From a virus, in IMG/VR virus record IMGVR_UViG_3300044710_000137, positions 1 through 64,000 of that record: a stretch of DNA of 64,000 nucleotides; one strand, given 5' to 3'. Below, in pieces: positions 43,662 to 54,011 of this stretch. Position numbers and translations under genes: made by a program. The notes beneath the pieces were generated by a model. The model was not told the origin of the DNA and did not search any database. It saw nothing but the letters and a program-made list of their open reading frames with translations. How positions within the stretch are numbered: the stretch's first letter is position 1; every line of letters begins with the position of its first letter.

Positions 43662-43744
43662 GCCAGCGGAATCCGCACGGCAAACAAGCGGTCTCCAGTT
43701 CCCCGATAACATCGCGCGATTGACAGCGCATCGAAGCCACAAGC
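43662..43744 (+). repeat. Family B element (ACCAGCGGAA subtype)
   Basis: Matches 31986 copy; GGCAAACAAGCG segment shared with 53253 copy. Confidence 0.85.
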
Positions 43745-43878
43745 TTATAACAAGATTACCGGCACATCCGGTAAAGGCGCTCCTTACAGTAAGGAATCCA
43801 GCGCCGGGCACAGGGCTCCAACAACAACGGTCCACTCCTACCGTTGGGAGTCCTGTCGCCTTCCAATAATTCTCACTT

Positions 43879-44505
43879 GTGAAAGACAAAACTCCACCGA
43901 CGGACACAACAAAAGAGCAGCTCGACGAGTCCTTGATAAACCCCGCTCTCATGGCCCGCATCCAGGCTATGGGATCTCCCATCGTTCCAGGACCGGCCCA
44001 AATAGAATTGGACAAGCGCGCATCGAAGAAACAGCGCATGCTGATAGCCTTCGTGGTGACCGCGGGAAACGTCACGAGGGCAGCTAAAGCCGCCGGCATC
44101 GACCGCGACACCCACTACGCCTGGCTCAAGGACGATTCCGAATACGCCGCGTCGTATCGTGATCGTGTACCCAACGCCGCCGGCGTCCTCGAGGACGAAG
44201 CCCGCAGACGGGCAGTCGAAGGTACACTCAAGGGCGTATACCACAAAGGCACGCTCGTAGACATGGAAGTGGAGTACTCGGATCGGCTCCTGATCCAGCT
44301 TCTGAAAGCCCACCACCCAGCGCATAAGCCCACCCTGACCATCGACGGCCGGGGTAAGAACGGCGCCATCGCGATAGAACAAACCACCGCCGAAGACCTC
44401 GCCAAGCTGCCGGAAGAAACACTCCTGGAGCAAATCAAAGTGGCCCGCGAAACCCTCGAATGGCTAAAAGCGAGCACCCATGCAACAATCGAGCGGGCTC
44501 CCTAA
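43879..44505 (+). CDS. terS: Terminase small subunit
   Basis: GNVTRAAKAAGIDR.THY.W HTH, LEDEARRRAVEG, YSDRLLIQLLKA. Confidence 0.85.
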   Translation: MKDKTPPTDTTKEQLDESLINPALMARIQAMGSPIVPGPAQIELDKRASKKQRMLIAFVVTAGNVTRAAKAAGIDRDTHYAWLKDDSEYAASYRDRVPNAAGVLEDEARRRAVEGTLKGVYHKGTLVDMEVEYSDRLLIQLLKAHHPAHKPTLTIDGRGKNGAIAIEQTTAEDLAKLPEETLLEQIKVARETLEWLKASTHATIERAP

Positions 44506-45242
44506 AGGAGCTCTTGGAACTCAGGGCGGAATTGGAAGCTCAACTCGAGAAGCGCAATACCACCATCCGCGAGATCCGGACCAATAGGATTCAAGACCAG
44601 TTTCCTTTCACCGGTCCGTTCCGCCGCGAGCTCTACCCCAAGCACATGGAGTTCTTCGCCGCGGGCGCGGAACACACGGAGCGCTGCTTTATGGCGGGAA
44701 ACCGCGTGGGCAAGACCCGGGCGGGCGCCTGCGAAGCGACGTACCACCTCACGGGAAGCTACCCCGATTGGTGGGTGGGGAAGCGCTTCGATCATCCTGT
44801 CGAGGGCTGGGCGGCCGGCTCTACAAACCAAACGGTACGGGATATCATTCAGGCTGAATTGCTGGGCAAACTGGCGCCGGACAAGGAATCGCGGCCCGAG
44901 GATCCCATCGGGCTCGGTACCGGCATGATCCCGGCTGATGCGATCCGCGCCATCAACCGGCGATCCGGCGGCGTCAAGGACTCGATCGAATCGGCGTATA
45001 TCCGGCATGTCTCCGGAGGGACGTCGCTTCTCGGATTCAAAACTTACGACCAGGGGCGGCGTAGCTTCGAGGGCACCGGCAAGCATTTCGTATGGGTGGA
45101 CGAGGAATGCCCGTTCGACGTCTATATCGAAGCGCTGACGCGTACGATGACCACGAAGGGGATCATCTACCTGACGTTCACGCCGTTGAGGGGAATGTCA
45201 GAAGTGGTCCTGCACTTTCTTCCCAGCACGACGCTGGATTGA
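44460..45242 (+). CDS. terL: Terminase large subunit, N-terminal ATPase half (P22 gp2-like)
   Basis: FMAGNRVGKT Walker A, WVDEE Walker B, LTFTP coupling motif, then stop. Confidence 0.9.
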   Translation: MAKSEHPCNNRAGSLKELLELRAELEAQLEKRNTTIREIRTNRIQDQFPFTGPFRRELYPKHMEFFAAGAEHTERCFMAGNRVGKTRAGACEATYHLTGSYPDWWVGKRFDHPVEGWAAGSTNQTVRDIIQAELLGKLAPDKESRPEDPIGLGTGMIPADAIRAINRRSGGVKDSIESAYIRHVSGGTSLLGFKTYDQGRRSFEGTGKHFVWVDEECPFDVYIEALTRTMTTKGIIYLTFTPLRGMSEVVLHFLPSTTLD

Positions 45243-45574
45243 AAAACTATGAGCGTGCCGCACATTTTCACCCAGCGATTCACGGGATCGGTCGTTGTTT
45301 GCTACTCGGTCTCGCATACTGAGCTCGACTTCGCGCGGGACATACCAGCGCTGCTTTTGAATGTTTTCGATCTGCTGGATGCTCTTACCAGACATTTTAT
45401 CTATCCACCGCCGACGCGCGAGCAAAGGAATGCGTATTACGACGCGGTAATGAATCAACGGCCGTGTCATCCACCGCTAAAGGCTCCCTGGCCGGATCGC
45501 TCCGAACAAATCCTTCCGGAGCCCATTTGGACGAACATCCACGCCGAGGACTACGAAACCATATTCGAGCGCTG

Positions 45575-45979
45575 CTACGGTGGAACGCTGGTACGACCGC
45601 CTGTTGAACCCGGCTTAGGCACGACCAGCACCACCGGCGGATCCACGGGCAGCACCGCGATCGGCTTACCCACACGCTGCCCATAGCGGACGCCCCAACA
45701 AAAGGGCGCACCGCATTTGCAGTCATCCGGATGCAGGCCCGGGGAGACTGCGAAGCCGGCAAGGCACTCCGGGTGCGTCAAGATAAAGCGCACCAGCTCC
45801 ACGATGGAAGTGAGCCGCAACGGTCCCGCCACGTGCGCTATGTGAGTCTTTAGGGTCTCCGGCGCGATCTGCAGCCGCTCTGCAATTTCCTTACGCGGTA
45901 CTCCTAAAACCAGCAGGTACGCTATTTCCTGTTCTCTTTGCGACAGCGAAACCTGGTGGATTAACGTATCGATCTTCAC
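45575..45979 (-). CDS. LuxR-type HTH protein
   Basis: LSQREQEIAYLLVLG...KEIAERLQIAPETLKTHI. Confidence 0.8.
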   Translation of the reverse strand: MKIDTLIHQVSLSQREQEIAYLLVLGVPRKEIAERLQIAPETLKTHIAHVAGPLRLTSIVELVRFILTHPECLAGFAVSPGLHPDDCKCGAPFCWGVRYGQRVGKPIAVLPVDPPVVLVVPKPGSTGGRTSVPP

Positions 45980-46100
45980 AAGTGAGTGGCTATCGTCCCC
46001 CCGTCAGGGGATGGTCCGCGATGGCCTTTACCGGCGGTATCCTACCCCGATTATAGGACTTCCGCGCACGAATCAAATTCTGGGATCATCGGTACGCCAC

Positions 46101-46400
46101 ATGGAAAAACCCACGTTGACGAGCCTTCCCCCACGGCAGTTGGCGATCGCGCGCCTGGTGCATCAGGGTCTGAGCAACGAGCAGATTGGGATTGATCTGC
46201 AGATCCAGCGTTGCACGGTCACCACCCAGCTGCACAGGATCTACGAGACGCTGGGTTTGGTCTGCCGGCAATATCCGAGGATGCGGTTGGCTCTCATCAT
46301 CCAGGAACACGAAAATGCGACGGCTAAAAACTCTGATCTTCAACTGCCTGCTGCTGCTTTGACTGGTGGCGGCATGAGCATCCCGATGGAGCGAGTGTGA
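46101..46400 (+). CDS. LuxR-type HTH protein
   Basis: LPPRQLAIARLVHQGLSNEQIG..L.I...TV.TQL..IY..LG. Confidence 0.8.
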   Translation: MEKPTLTSLPPRQLAIARLVHQGLSNEQIGIDLQIQRCTVTTQLHRIYETLGLVCRQYPRMRLALIIQEHENATAKNSDLQLPAAALTGGGMSIPMERV

Positions 46401-46404
46401 CCGC

Positions 46405-46893
46405 TTGAGGGAGACAATTTCGTTTTTGGCTAATCTGGCGCTCTGCAAGCTGCAGAACGACATTGGCGGCCACCTCGTATTAGCGGAGTTTCCCGATCCG
46501 CCGGCGCCCCCGCGGTACGACCTCAGTCCACTCGGCCGGTATCTGGGCCAGTGCATGATAACCACGGAGCTCAAGGCTTTGTGGCAACTGCCGGCGAGAC
46601 GCGAGAACCTGGAGTCCTCCTGCAGGACCGCGCTGTCGGATATAGTGCGGGACCTCCGCTCGATCACCGAGGCGGACCCCGGCTGTCCCGAAGAAGGGTG
46701 GGACGACAAACCGAACTTGCCTCAGATGCAAATCGTCTTCGCCCGACCGGCGATGACGGGCGAAGTGGAGCAGGCTATCTGTTCGGACCGCCAGGCAGGC
46801 ATCGCGCTGCGCGCCACTCGCATGAATGAAGACACCATCGCCATAGCCGTGAATTTCGGCGTGCGACGGCTTCTCCAATGCCGATTCGAGTAG
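46405..46893 (+). CDS. Hypothetical protein
   Basis: Fills gap between LuxR genes. Confidence 0.5.
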   Translation: MRETISFLANLALCKLQNDIGGHLVLAEFPDPPAPPRYDLSPLGRYLGQCMITTELKALWQLPARRENLESSCRTALSDIVRDLRSITEADPGCPEEGWDDKPNLPQMQIVFARPAMTGEVEQAICSDRQAGIALRATRMNEDTIAIAVNFGVRRLLQCRFE

Positions 46894-46897
46894 AACC

Positions 46898-47320
46898 ATG
46901 CAATACCTGACCACGCGCCAGCTTGCGGTTGCCGAATGCCTCGGGCGCGGTTTACGCAATAAGGAAGTGGCTAGTGAGCTAGGCTTGACCGAAGGCACGG
47001 TGAAGGTCTACATCTCGTACATCTTCACTAAACTGCAGATCGATTCGCGGCTGAAACTCGGCCTATTATTTAACGCCGGCGAATTAGGAGTCTGGCCGGC
47101 ATCCGAACCGAAGCCGAAGCGGGCATACGCGACCCGCGCGCAAGTGGCCATCACAGCGAATGAAACAGGCGCACTTCGGCCGTTGCGGCTTACTGTTCGC
47201 GGTCCGTTGACGGAAGTCGATAAAAAGTGGGATCGCATCTTCGACGAGAAGTTTGCGGACCCAGCTTACTACGTCCAACCACCTACGGTATCCGTCGGCT
47301 CGACCCTAGGCCGCGCATAA
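46898..47320 (+). CDS. LuxR-type HTH protein
   Basis: LTTRQLAVAECLGRGLRNKEVASELGLTEGTVKVYIS.IF.KL. Confidence 0.85.
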   Translation: MQYLTTRQLAVAECLGRGLRNKEVASELGLTEGTVKVYISYIFTKLQIDSRLKLGLLFNAGELGVWPASEPKPKRAYATRAQVAITANETGALRPLRLTVRGPLTEVDKKWDRIFDEKFADPAYYVQPPTVSVGSTLGRA

Positions 47321-47425
47321 TACGTCGGAGCCCGAGGAGACGGAACCCTGCGGTTCCTTCCCCTCGAACCCCTTCTTCCCCTATAACCCAACACCGAGCA
47401 CCCAGCACCCTCAAAGGATTTCCTC

Positions 47426-49343
47426 ATGTCCAACGCAGTCCGCGGCCGCAAGAAAACCGGCCTCAAACCCGTGCCGAAAGGCAAGATGACCCACATGCAC
47501 GTGCGCCGCATGGATAACGGAGGCTTCACCGTCGATAGCGACCACGAGCTGCCGGAGAAGAAAAGCATGACCAGCAAGAAGGCCATGGGCAGCGCCATGG
47601 GTTTCGGGCCGTCCACGGAGTCGCATTCCGCGAGCTTCACGGGCCCCGACGATGCCCTGGCGCACGTGGGCCAGTTGATGGCGTCCGGACCGCCCAGCCC
47701 CGAGGCTCCCCCAGCTCCGGCCGGCGGCGCGCCCGCGCCTGGCGCGACCGACAGCACCATGCCGGAAGGCGAGTAAAACGGTGAGCCCCGAAGCCAACGA
47801 GATCGTCGCGGCGCTTCGTGCGGCCGGGCAGCGGGCACGCCAGGATGTCACCACTATCCCGGCGTATCGGATCACTCCGGACCGCTTGCGCTCGATGCGG
47901 CAGCAGTATGAAGTCGCGGAAGTATTGCTGGAAGACGATACCGAAGCCTTTCTTATTACAGCGTGGGACGTGCAGCGCGCCAGACCGCTCGCGCGGATCT
48001 TCGTGCTGAAGCCTGAAAATGCCTGAAACTATACCAGCCACCAGCCACCAGCCACCAGCCACCGCCTCACTGGCGAAGGCCGTGGCCGACCACATCGACG
48101 AACGCCTGGAGGGTCAGCCCGCGCGCTTCAGCGACAAGCCGCTGCCCGGGCGGAAGATCCGGCAGATCTATCGGCTGGAGAAGATGGGCTGGCCCGCGGC
48201 CCCGCTCGACGCCGAGTCCGCCGCCTTCGCGCTGAAGGTAGCCGACGACCTCGCCGGGCAACTACTCACCGCGATTAATCGCAACCCCGGCTGTGAATTG
48301 GTTTCGTGGGCGGGAGAGATCCCGCGCAGTATCGCGGAAGCGGACTTTCACAACGGCAAGACCACCTCCGTGCGCGTCTTGGGCAATCACGATATTCACG
48401 AGAACTGCTTTCTGGTGCGCTTCGACGTGATCTACCGGATGGTGAAACTGCCTCCGAAGAAGGTATAGAAATGGCCATTAAAATCAAGCCCAGCCATAAG
48501 GGCATGCTTCACGCCGAACTTGGAATCGCCTCGGATAAACCGATCCCCCTTTCCCGCATCGCCGGCGCTATGAAGAACGCCGGTCCCAAGGAAAAGAAGC
48601 GCCTCGTCTTCGCGGAGAACGCACGCAAATGGAAGCACTAACGGCGAATGGATTTACAGTGCCACTGACTGGCGCTGCGGGCGGCGTCGCGGGCGCTAAC
48701 GGCAGTGGCGGCTGCACCTGCGGCTTGACGACGAACATCTCATGCCCAGTCCACGGCATCCGCTACGACTCTTGGACATACACCCAACAAGTTCCATACT
48801 CGACCGAGAAGTGGGGTTTTTGTCCCTCCGACGGGCACAAGCTCGATACGAACTGGAAGTATTGTCCGTCCTGCGGGAGGGCTATAGGCACGATGCAAAC
48901 CACTTGGCCGCAGATCGTCCTCTACAACGGGACGCACAACCAAGGCGCGGATTAGGCTCCGCACCCAACATCACAAAAAAGGAAGAATGACGAAACAACA
49001 GGCAACGAAAGAACTGGGCGCGCAGACGCATCGCGTGGCCTATCTGGAGCAATTACTCGAGGAGGCTTTCGCGGACCGCGAGAAGTTGAGCGACGGCGTG
49101 GAGTCTTACAGCCGCCGCGCGGCCTACGCCGAGTCGTGCTTTAAGAAAGCTGAATGGCAGAATGGGGCACTCAGGGAGCAGGTAAACCAATTGAACGCCC
49201 AGAATCAGCAGCTCGCCAAGGACAACCTCCAGATGAAGAACAACCTGGACGTGTTCCGCAACCGCTTCGTCTCGCGCCAGATGGACATGAAGAGCGAAGC
49301 GCTCTTCTGGAACATCGACATCCAGTCCCTAATCAAGAGCTAG
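47426..49343 (+). CDS. Run of small hypothetical genes (47426-47776, 47781-48026, 48019-48468, 48471-48641, 48629-48955, 48987-49343)
   Basis: Contiguous co-oriented ORFs; includes a basic IKPSHKG..FAENARKWKH protein and a Zn-ribbon protein. Confidence 0.65.
48033..48064 (+). repeat. Heptamer tandem array
   Basis: (ccagcca)x4 ccg. Confidence 0.85.
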
Positions 49344-49906
49344 GGCGCGGTCTTCTCCGCGGTCTTCTCCGCTGGCTTCTCCTCCGCGATTTCCTTGATT
49401 TCCACACACAAAGGCGTGACTGCGGCCATAAATTCTCTTGGTTTCGCCTTGGCGACCCGAATCCAATGCTCCGCGCCAATCAACCCGTTCGCCTGGTCAA
49501 AGTTGCGGAATCCATGCTCGGCTCCCTTCTGTTGCTCTTCCGTCATTGAATTACCTCGCTTTGAACGGGCGCGGCGGGTGTGGTCTCACCGCGCCCATTG
49601 GTTAGGGCTCAGTTAAACGCCGGTACCGGCGCCGCCGGCGCGCTGCGTTTGCGGCCAGACTTCGTTGACCAGATCCACCAGGATGCTGGGATTCTCGCTC
49701 TGGTTCACGTAGATCGACGCGGCCATGACTGGCGTAAGGTCCAGCGTGCCGACGCAGAAGTCGATCAAGTTGCCCGTGGGTGGGGTGGTGCGGAGCACTT
49801 TACGGAAGGCGTCGATGTTCGAGCCGATCCGTCCATACACGGATTGCGCTGCATCCGTTGTCAAATGCAGGGTTCCAGTGCAGTACTGGATGAATTTTTC
49901 TTTCAA
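49340..49906 (-). CDS. Two small antisense genes (49340-49546, 49613-49906)
   Basis: GAGGT / AGGAGGT SD sequences. Confidence 0.6.
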
Positions 49907-49957
49907 GTTGATTTGGTACCTCCTGACTTGAACTATAGCGCTTCCAAAGATTTATAT

Positions 49958-49995
49958 GTTGATGCCGCGCCGGTCAGGCCTGCCCGGCGCTGGTA
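49958..49995 (-). repeat. Family A hairpin element
   Basis: TACCA GC-GCCGG G CAG GC CTG A CCGGC-GC GGCATCAAC. Confidence 0.9.
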
Positions 49996-50339
49996 GAACC
50001 GTCCCAATGAAAATTCTGTCAGGGTCCGCTACAGTATGTGGAAATAGGGTATACCGCGATAGCGGCGATCTCTTCGCCCTGGACTTGCCCATCCGCCTCT
50101 CGATCAATAACGACGCCTGCACACTACCGCCAAAGACCACCACGGCTTCGGAGCATCGCATCGTCTGGGAGGACCACGGGGTTGTCACGGTGTCCAGGAT
50201 CCCCCCGGCCGGCGCGCCGATTTACTGGTGCCAGATGCGTCCCTCCAGATGGCGCGATATCGCCTCGGGCCTGGTCCGCGCGGTCTTCTCCGGACTAGGC
50301 GCTTTTCAGGGAAATTGACGCCCGCCACCCGAATGCTGG

Positions 50340-50381
50340 AACCAGCGCGGGACACGGCTTGTGGCCCGCGCGGCATCAACA
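50340..50381 (+). repeat. Family A hairpin element
   Basis: ACCA GC-GCGGG A CAC GGCTT GTG G CCCGC-GC GGCATCAAC. Confidence 0.9.
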
Positions 50382-50396
50382 TATAAGCCTTTGCAA

Positions 50397-50537
50397 ATGC
50401 CATTCGTCAGCCAAGCACAAGAGAAGAAATTCCGAGAACTCGTAGCAACCAAGCAGATGAAGCAATCAGTCTACGACGAATGGTTGAAAGCCACCCCCGA
50501 CCTGAAGAAGCTTCCCATCCGTTTAAAGAAGAAGTAA
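50397..50537 (+). CDS. 46-aa basic phage protein (MPFxSxAQ type)
   Basis: MPFVSQAQEKKF...EW...TPDLKKLP; below ORF-track cutoff. Confidence 0.65.
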   Translation: MPFVSQAQEKKFRELVATKQMKQSVYDEWLKATPDLKKLPIRLKKK

Positions 50538-51358
50538 TCAATGCCATTCCAGCAAATCCTATGGAACTCGGAGACGTTCACGTGGACAAGATATCCAGCT
50601 TTGCTCGCCGAACTCGGGTTTCGAACCAACGCGGCCGGATTTCTGTTAGCCCAGGAAGCAAAAACACATCGGGACAGGATTTACAAAATCCTGGAGTAGC
50701 CGGCATGACCGTTTCACTGCCGCGCATCCCAGATCCGGCAGCCGAAGCGGACGTGCTGTGGGAAGGCTTGGAATTCCTTCTGACGCATAAATGCTGCGGA
50801 TTCACTTGCTCCGAGTGCGACCGCTTGAATGCCGTGCGGAGTATTTTACTCGCCCGGTGGACGTGAGCCGCTCGCTCGCTGTTTTGACCACTGCATCAGG
50901 TATCGAATCGGCGAATCAATAGAGCGCCGGCTGACGTCCGGATGCGGATCGCTGGCGACCCAATTAACGAATAGCCTCTGAAGGGCGGCATGCTGGATCT
51001 CAGGCTCGCGGCGCAGTAAATGACGCCGGGCAAGAAACGCGGAAAGAAACGCGGAAGCAAAGATGGCGGCGATACAGGGCCACGCGTGGACCACCTTTAC
51101 GGTGCTCCAGACGCCTTCGGCATCGCATCGCCCCACACCCACCCGCTGATTTTCGATAGGGCGAAGAACCCGACGATCTCACCGGCGAGACCACGCAGTT
51201 CAAAGTGAACGTCCGTACCGTCGCCGCTGGCTTTCTCCTCGACCGATACAGCCTGTAGCTTCACAATCCCCGCGGCGCTGAAGACGTAGAAGTCGCGCAT
51301 CTTCGGCTTCGGACTCGCCACACTTGCCGCTTTAGGCATACCCCCAGGATACCGCTTT

Positions 51359-51745
51359 ATGTCCGCACTCCCCATTTCCGCCCAAGCCGTGCTCGCTTAT
51401 AACAACGGCGCCGGCATCAACATCCAGCTCCCCGAGACATCCAGCGCCACAGCCGTAGCGATCGCGGGCGTGAACTTTAACGGCAGCTCCATGGTTGTGC
51501 CCACGACTTCCGGCGGTACCGCAATCCCTCTCGGCGCATTACAGAACCTCGGGCTTGCCTGCTTCCAGAATCTCGACCCCACCAATTATTGCGAAATCCT
51601 GACCGCTGTCAGCGGCACCGCCATCATAAAGCTGAACGCCGGCGATCCGCCGTTCCTATTCCGCTTCGGGCCTGGAATTACCGCGCCTGCGCTTATTGCA
51701 CATACGGCCACGACGCTCGTCCAGTGGCTCATTTTGGAAAATTGA
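51359..51745 (+). CDS. Putative virion structural protein
   Basis: Beta-rich, NLDPTNY motif. Confidence 0.65.
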   Translation: MSALPISAQAVLAYNNGAGINIQLPETSSATAVAIAGVNFNGSSMVVPTTSGGTAIPLGALQNLGLACFQNLDPTNYCEILTAVSGTAIIKLNAGDPPFLFRFGPGITAPALIAHTATTLVQWLILEN

Positions 51746-51914
51746 TGACGGACTTCCGCGCCTGGCGCGAAGACCTCGACCATCGCGAGTACGAATATCT
51801 GCTGGCGCGCGAAGAACCCCCGCGGGTCGATCCGCAGCGGCGTTTCGGGCTGACCGCGGACGATGGCGCGTTTCTCGGCGCGATTGAGAAGGCTTTCCGG
51901 GACGAGGTGCGGTA

Positions 51915-52703
51915 GTGCCGTTTTTGTGCACCTGCACTTGGGAAGAGGTGCCCCATCTCGGTGGAAAAGAGAAAACCGAACTCCTCCTCACCTATCCTCC
52001 CCACCAGCGCGATGCCCGAACCAAAGGGGTACCGCAGTTAGGCGCGGGCGCGGTCTATCCGATGCTCGAAGAGGAAATCCTCTACGATTATTTCGACATT
52101 CCACCATACTGGCCGCGAATGTTTGCGTTAGACGTAGGTTGGAATCGTTCGGCAGCACTGTGGGGCGCGCTGGACCGGGACAGCGACCGGCTGTTCATCT
52201 ATAGTGAACACTACCAGGGCAGGCTGACGCCACACGAGCACGCGCGCATCATCAAGGCGCGTGGGTCCTGGATACCCGGCGTAATCGATCCAGCCTCGCG
52301 CGGATCGAGCCAAGCGGACGGCGAAAAGATTGTCGAACTCTACCGCGCGGAAGGGTTGGATCTCACCTACGCGGACAATAACGTCGAAGCCGGCATCTAT
52401 GACGTTTGGCAGCGGCTACAGAACAACCGGCTGAAGATTTGCAAGACGCTCATCAATCTGCGCCAGGAATACCGGCTCTACCGGCGCAACCCGAAAGACG
52501 GGCATGTCGTCAAGCCGAGATTGCCCCAGGAATTGCCTGAAGGGCGAACGGCCGCGGAGTACGGCGATCATTTGCTCGACTGCCTCCGCTATATGTGCCG
52601 TGGATTGCAAGTTATGAAACAGGCGCCCGTGGTGCCGAAGCGCGGTCCCGGATCGCAAGCCGAATGGAAGCAGCCAACCGGGCCCCTCGGTTGGATGGCG
52701 TAA
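51915..52703 (+). CDS. terL: Terminase large subunit, C-terminal lid + nuclease half
   Basis: TWEEVPHL..YPPHQRDARTKGVPQLGAGAVY, ALDVGW, IDPASRG, DHLLDCLRY. Confidence 0.9.
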   Translation: MPFLCTCTWEEVPHLGGKEKTELLLTYPPHQRDARTKGVPQLGAGAVYPMLEEEILYDYFDIPPYWPRMFALDVGWNRSAALWGALDRDSDRLFIYSEHYQGRLTPHEHARIIKARGSWIPGVIDPASRGSSQADGEKIVELYRAEGLDLTYADNNVEAGIYDVWQRLQNNRLKICKTLINLRQEYRLYRRNPKDGHVVKPRLPQELPEGRTAAEYGDHLLDCLRYMCRGLQVMKQAPVVPKRGPGSQAEWKQPTGPLGWMA

Positions 52704-53043
52704 ACGCCTACCGCTTTACTGCCGTATTCAGGGTGAACACCATGCGCGCAGTACCCCCGCTCGGCCGCCATCCCAAGCTTTGAAGCCTTTCGAGGCTGAT
52801 GCGGCGGCGCTCCATGGCCTCTGCTATCTCGGCTTCCAATGCACGGCGGTTATGGATCAAGCGCACTTTGAGCCATACATTGACGCCCACCAGCACGGAT
52901 TCCAAGACAAACCACCAAACCTTCCGGTAATATCCTGTCGGAATGCCGACCCCCAGAACAATCGCGACCAGCAAAAGCACGATCCACCACTCGCGCAAGA
53001 AACGCCGCATTGGCTCAGTTTAACCCCAAAAAAGGAAAAAGCA

Positions 53044-53244
53044 ATGACCACCGATAAAACAGTGAACACGGGCATCAACTATAAGGAAGTGCCCATGGGA
53101 ACCGGATCGTATGGAACTCCCAAAGGAACGCCGGATGTAAAGAAAGCAGGGACAGTAGCGGACCTGAAATCGAAGACGTCGGATGATTCCAGTGGTAAGG
53201 CGGAAAATCTGGGAGCCATGGGCGACTATTGTTGCAAAAAGTAA
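53044..53244 (+). CDS. Small hypothetical protein
   Basis: AAGGA SD. Confidence 0.55.
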   Translation: MTTDKTVNTGINYKEVPMGTGSYGTPKGTPDVKKAGTVADLKSKTSDDSSGKAENLGAMGDYCCKK

Positions 53245-53252
53245 TTATGGGT

Positions 53253-53338
53253 TGGTGAGCCTCGGAAGCTGAGGCCGCCAGCCGTTCACCCAGGCCAATG
53301 GTGAGCGCTTGTTTGCCGCGTGTCACTTACCGCATGCT
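53253..53338 (-). repeat. Family B element
   Basis: TGGTGAGCCTCGGAAGCTGAGGCCGCCAGCCGTTCACC..GGCCAATGGTGAGCGCTTGTTTGCCGCG..CCGCATGC. Confidence 0.9.
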
Positions 53339-53373
53339 TGCCTGGTGATGGTGCCGCATCCCCGCCACGCCGA

Positions 53374-53853
53374 TCATCGCGGCTGGCCAATCAAAATAAT
53401 CCGCTTCCCAACCATGGGCAGCTCCGTTCGCTCGACAGTGTGCGTCCGGCTCGCCAGCTTGCATAGATGCTCCAGCCAGGGGCGCTCACTGTAAGTCTCC
53501 CAGAACGGGACCGCATCCGGTTTAATGCAGCACGGGCAAATCACGAACGGGACGCCATGACGCGCTGCGTACAACACGATATGGTCCGTAGCTTCATCCG
53601 GGTGCATGCCCAGCACCAGGCGATAGTCTTCAGGCCCGTCGTATCGGAAGTACGCGTACTTTTGCCCGGGGCGCCCTTTGGCTAACCGGTGCCGTTTGTC
53701 GATGGTTATGACGCGCCGGAACCCGCGCTCGCGCAACGCCGCCTGGAGATAACCCTTACCGCCAGCCACGTCTGCGACCAGGGAATTGTGGAAGCGCGAA
53801 AATCTGGACTCCACAAGAGTGGCGAACAGATCGAACCTCCGCGCATCGCCCAT
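53374..53853 (-). CDS. Small SAM-dependent methyltransferase-fold protein
   Basis: VADVAGGKGYL motif I, ITID, GMHPDEAT, ICPCC. Confidence 0.75.
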   Translation of the reverse strand: MGDARRFDLFATLVESRFSRFHNSLVADVAGGKGYLQAALRERGFRRVITIDKRHRLAKGRPGQKYAYFRYDGPEDYRLVLGMHPDEATDHIVLYAARHGVPFVICPCCIKPDAVPFWETYSERPWLEHLCKLASRTHTVERTELPMVGKRIILIGQPR

Positions 53854-53914
53854 TGGCTACAGTCTACAGTGCCCGGCTACCAAATGCCAGGACAGTGCCG
53901 CTACCCAAGACCGG

Positions 53915-54003
53915 TCGGGCCATAGCCTAAAGCCGCGTGGCACACCAGCACTGACGAGGTACAACTCAAGCGCGCGGGATGACCACAGCCGCGTAGCTCC
54001 CAA
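53915..54003 (+). repeat. Family B element (degenerate)
   Basis: TCGGGCCATAGCC..GCGTGGCA..GCGCGGG..GCCGCGTAGCTCCCAA. Confidence 0.6.
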
Positions 54004-54011
54004 AAGACTGC

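Noticed and set aside
48033-48064. Chi sites (CCACCAGC = GCTGGTGG complement) in the heptamer arrays
   Set aside because: The octamer arises automatically from the CCAGCCA period, variant arrays lack it, and nothing indicates an enterobacterial host.
5097-50381. Family A/B repeats as a CRISPR array, with the Cas4-like gene
   Set aside because: Copies are dispersed, in both orientations and irregularly spaced; no cas1/cas2; solo Cas4-like nucleases are common in phages.
5097-50381. Family A as classical integron attC sites
   Set aside because: Only one AAC/GTT end, no paired RYYYAAC/GTTRRRY boxes, not in tandem direct orientation, and I see no IntI-specific insertion in the recombinase.
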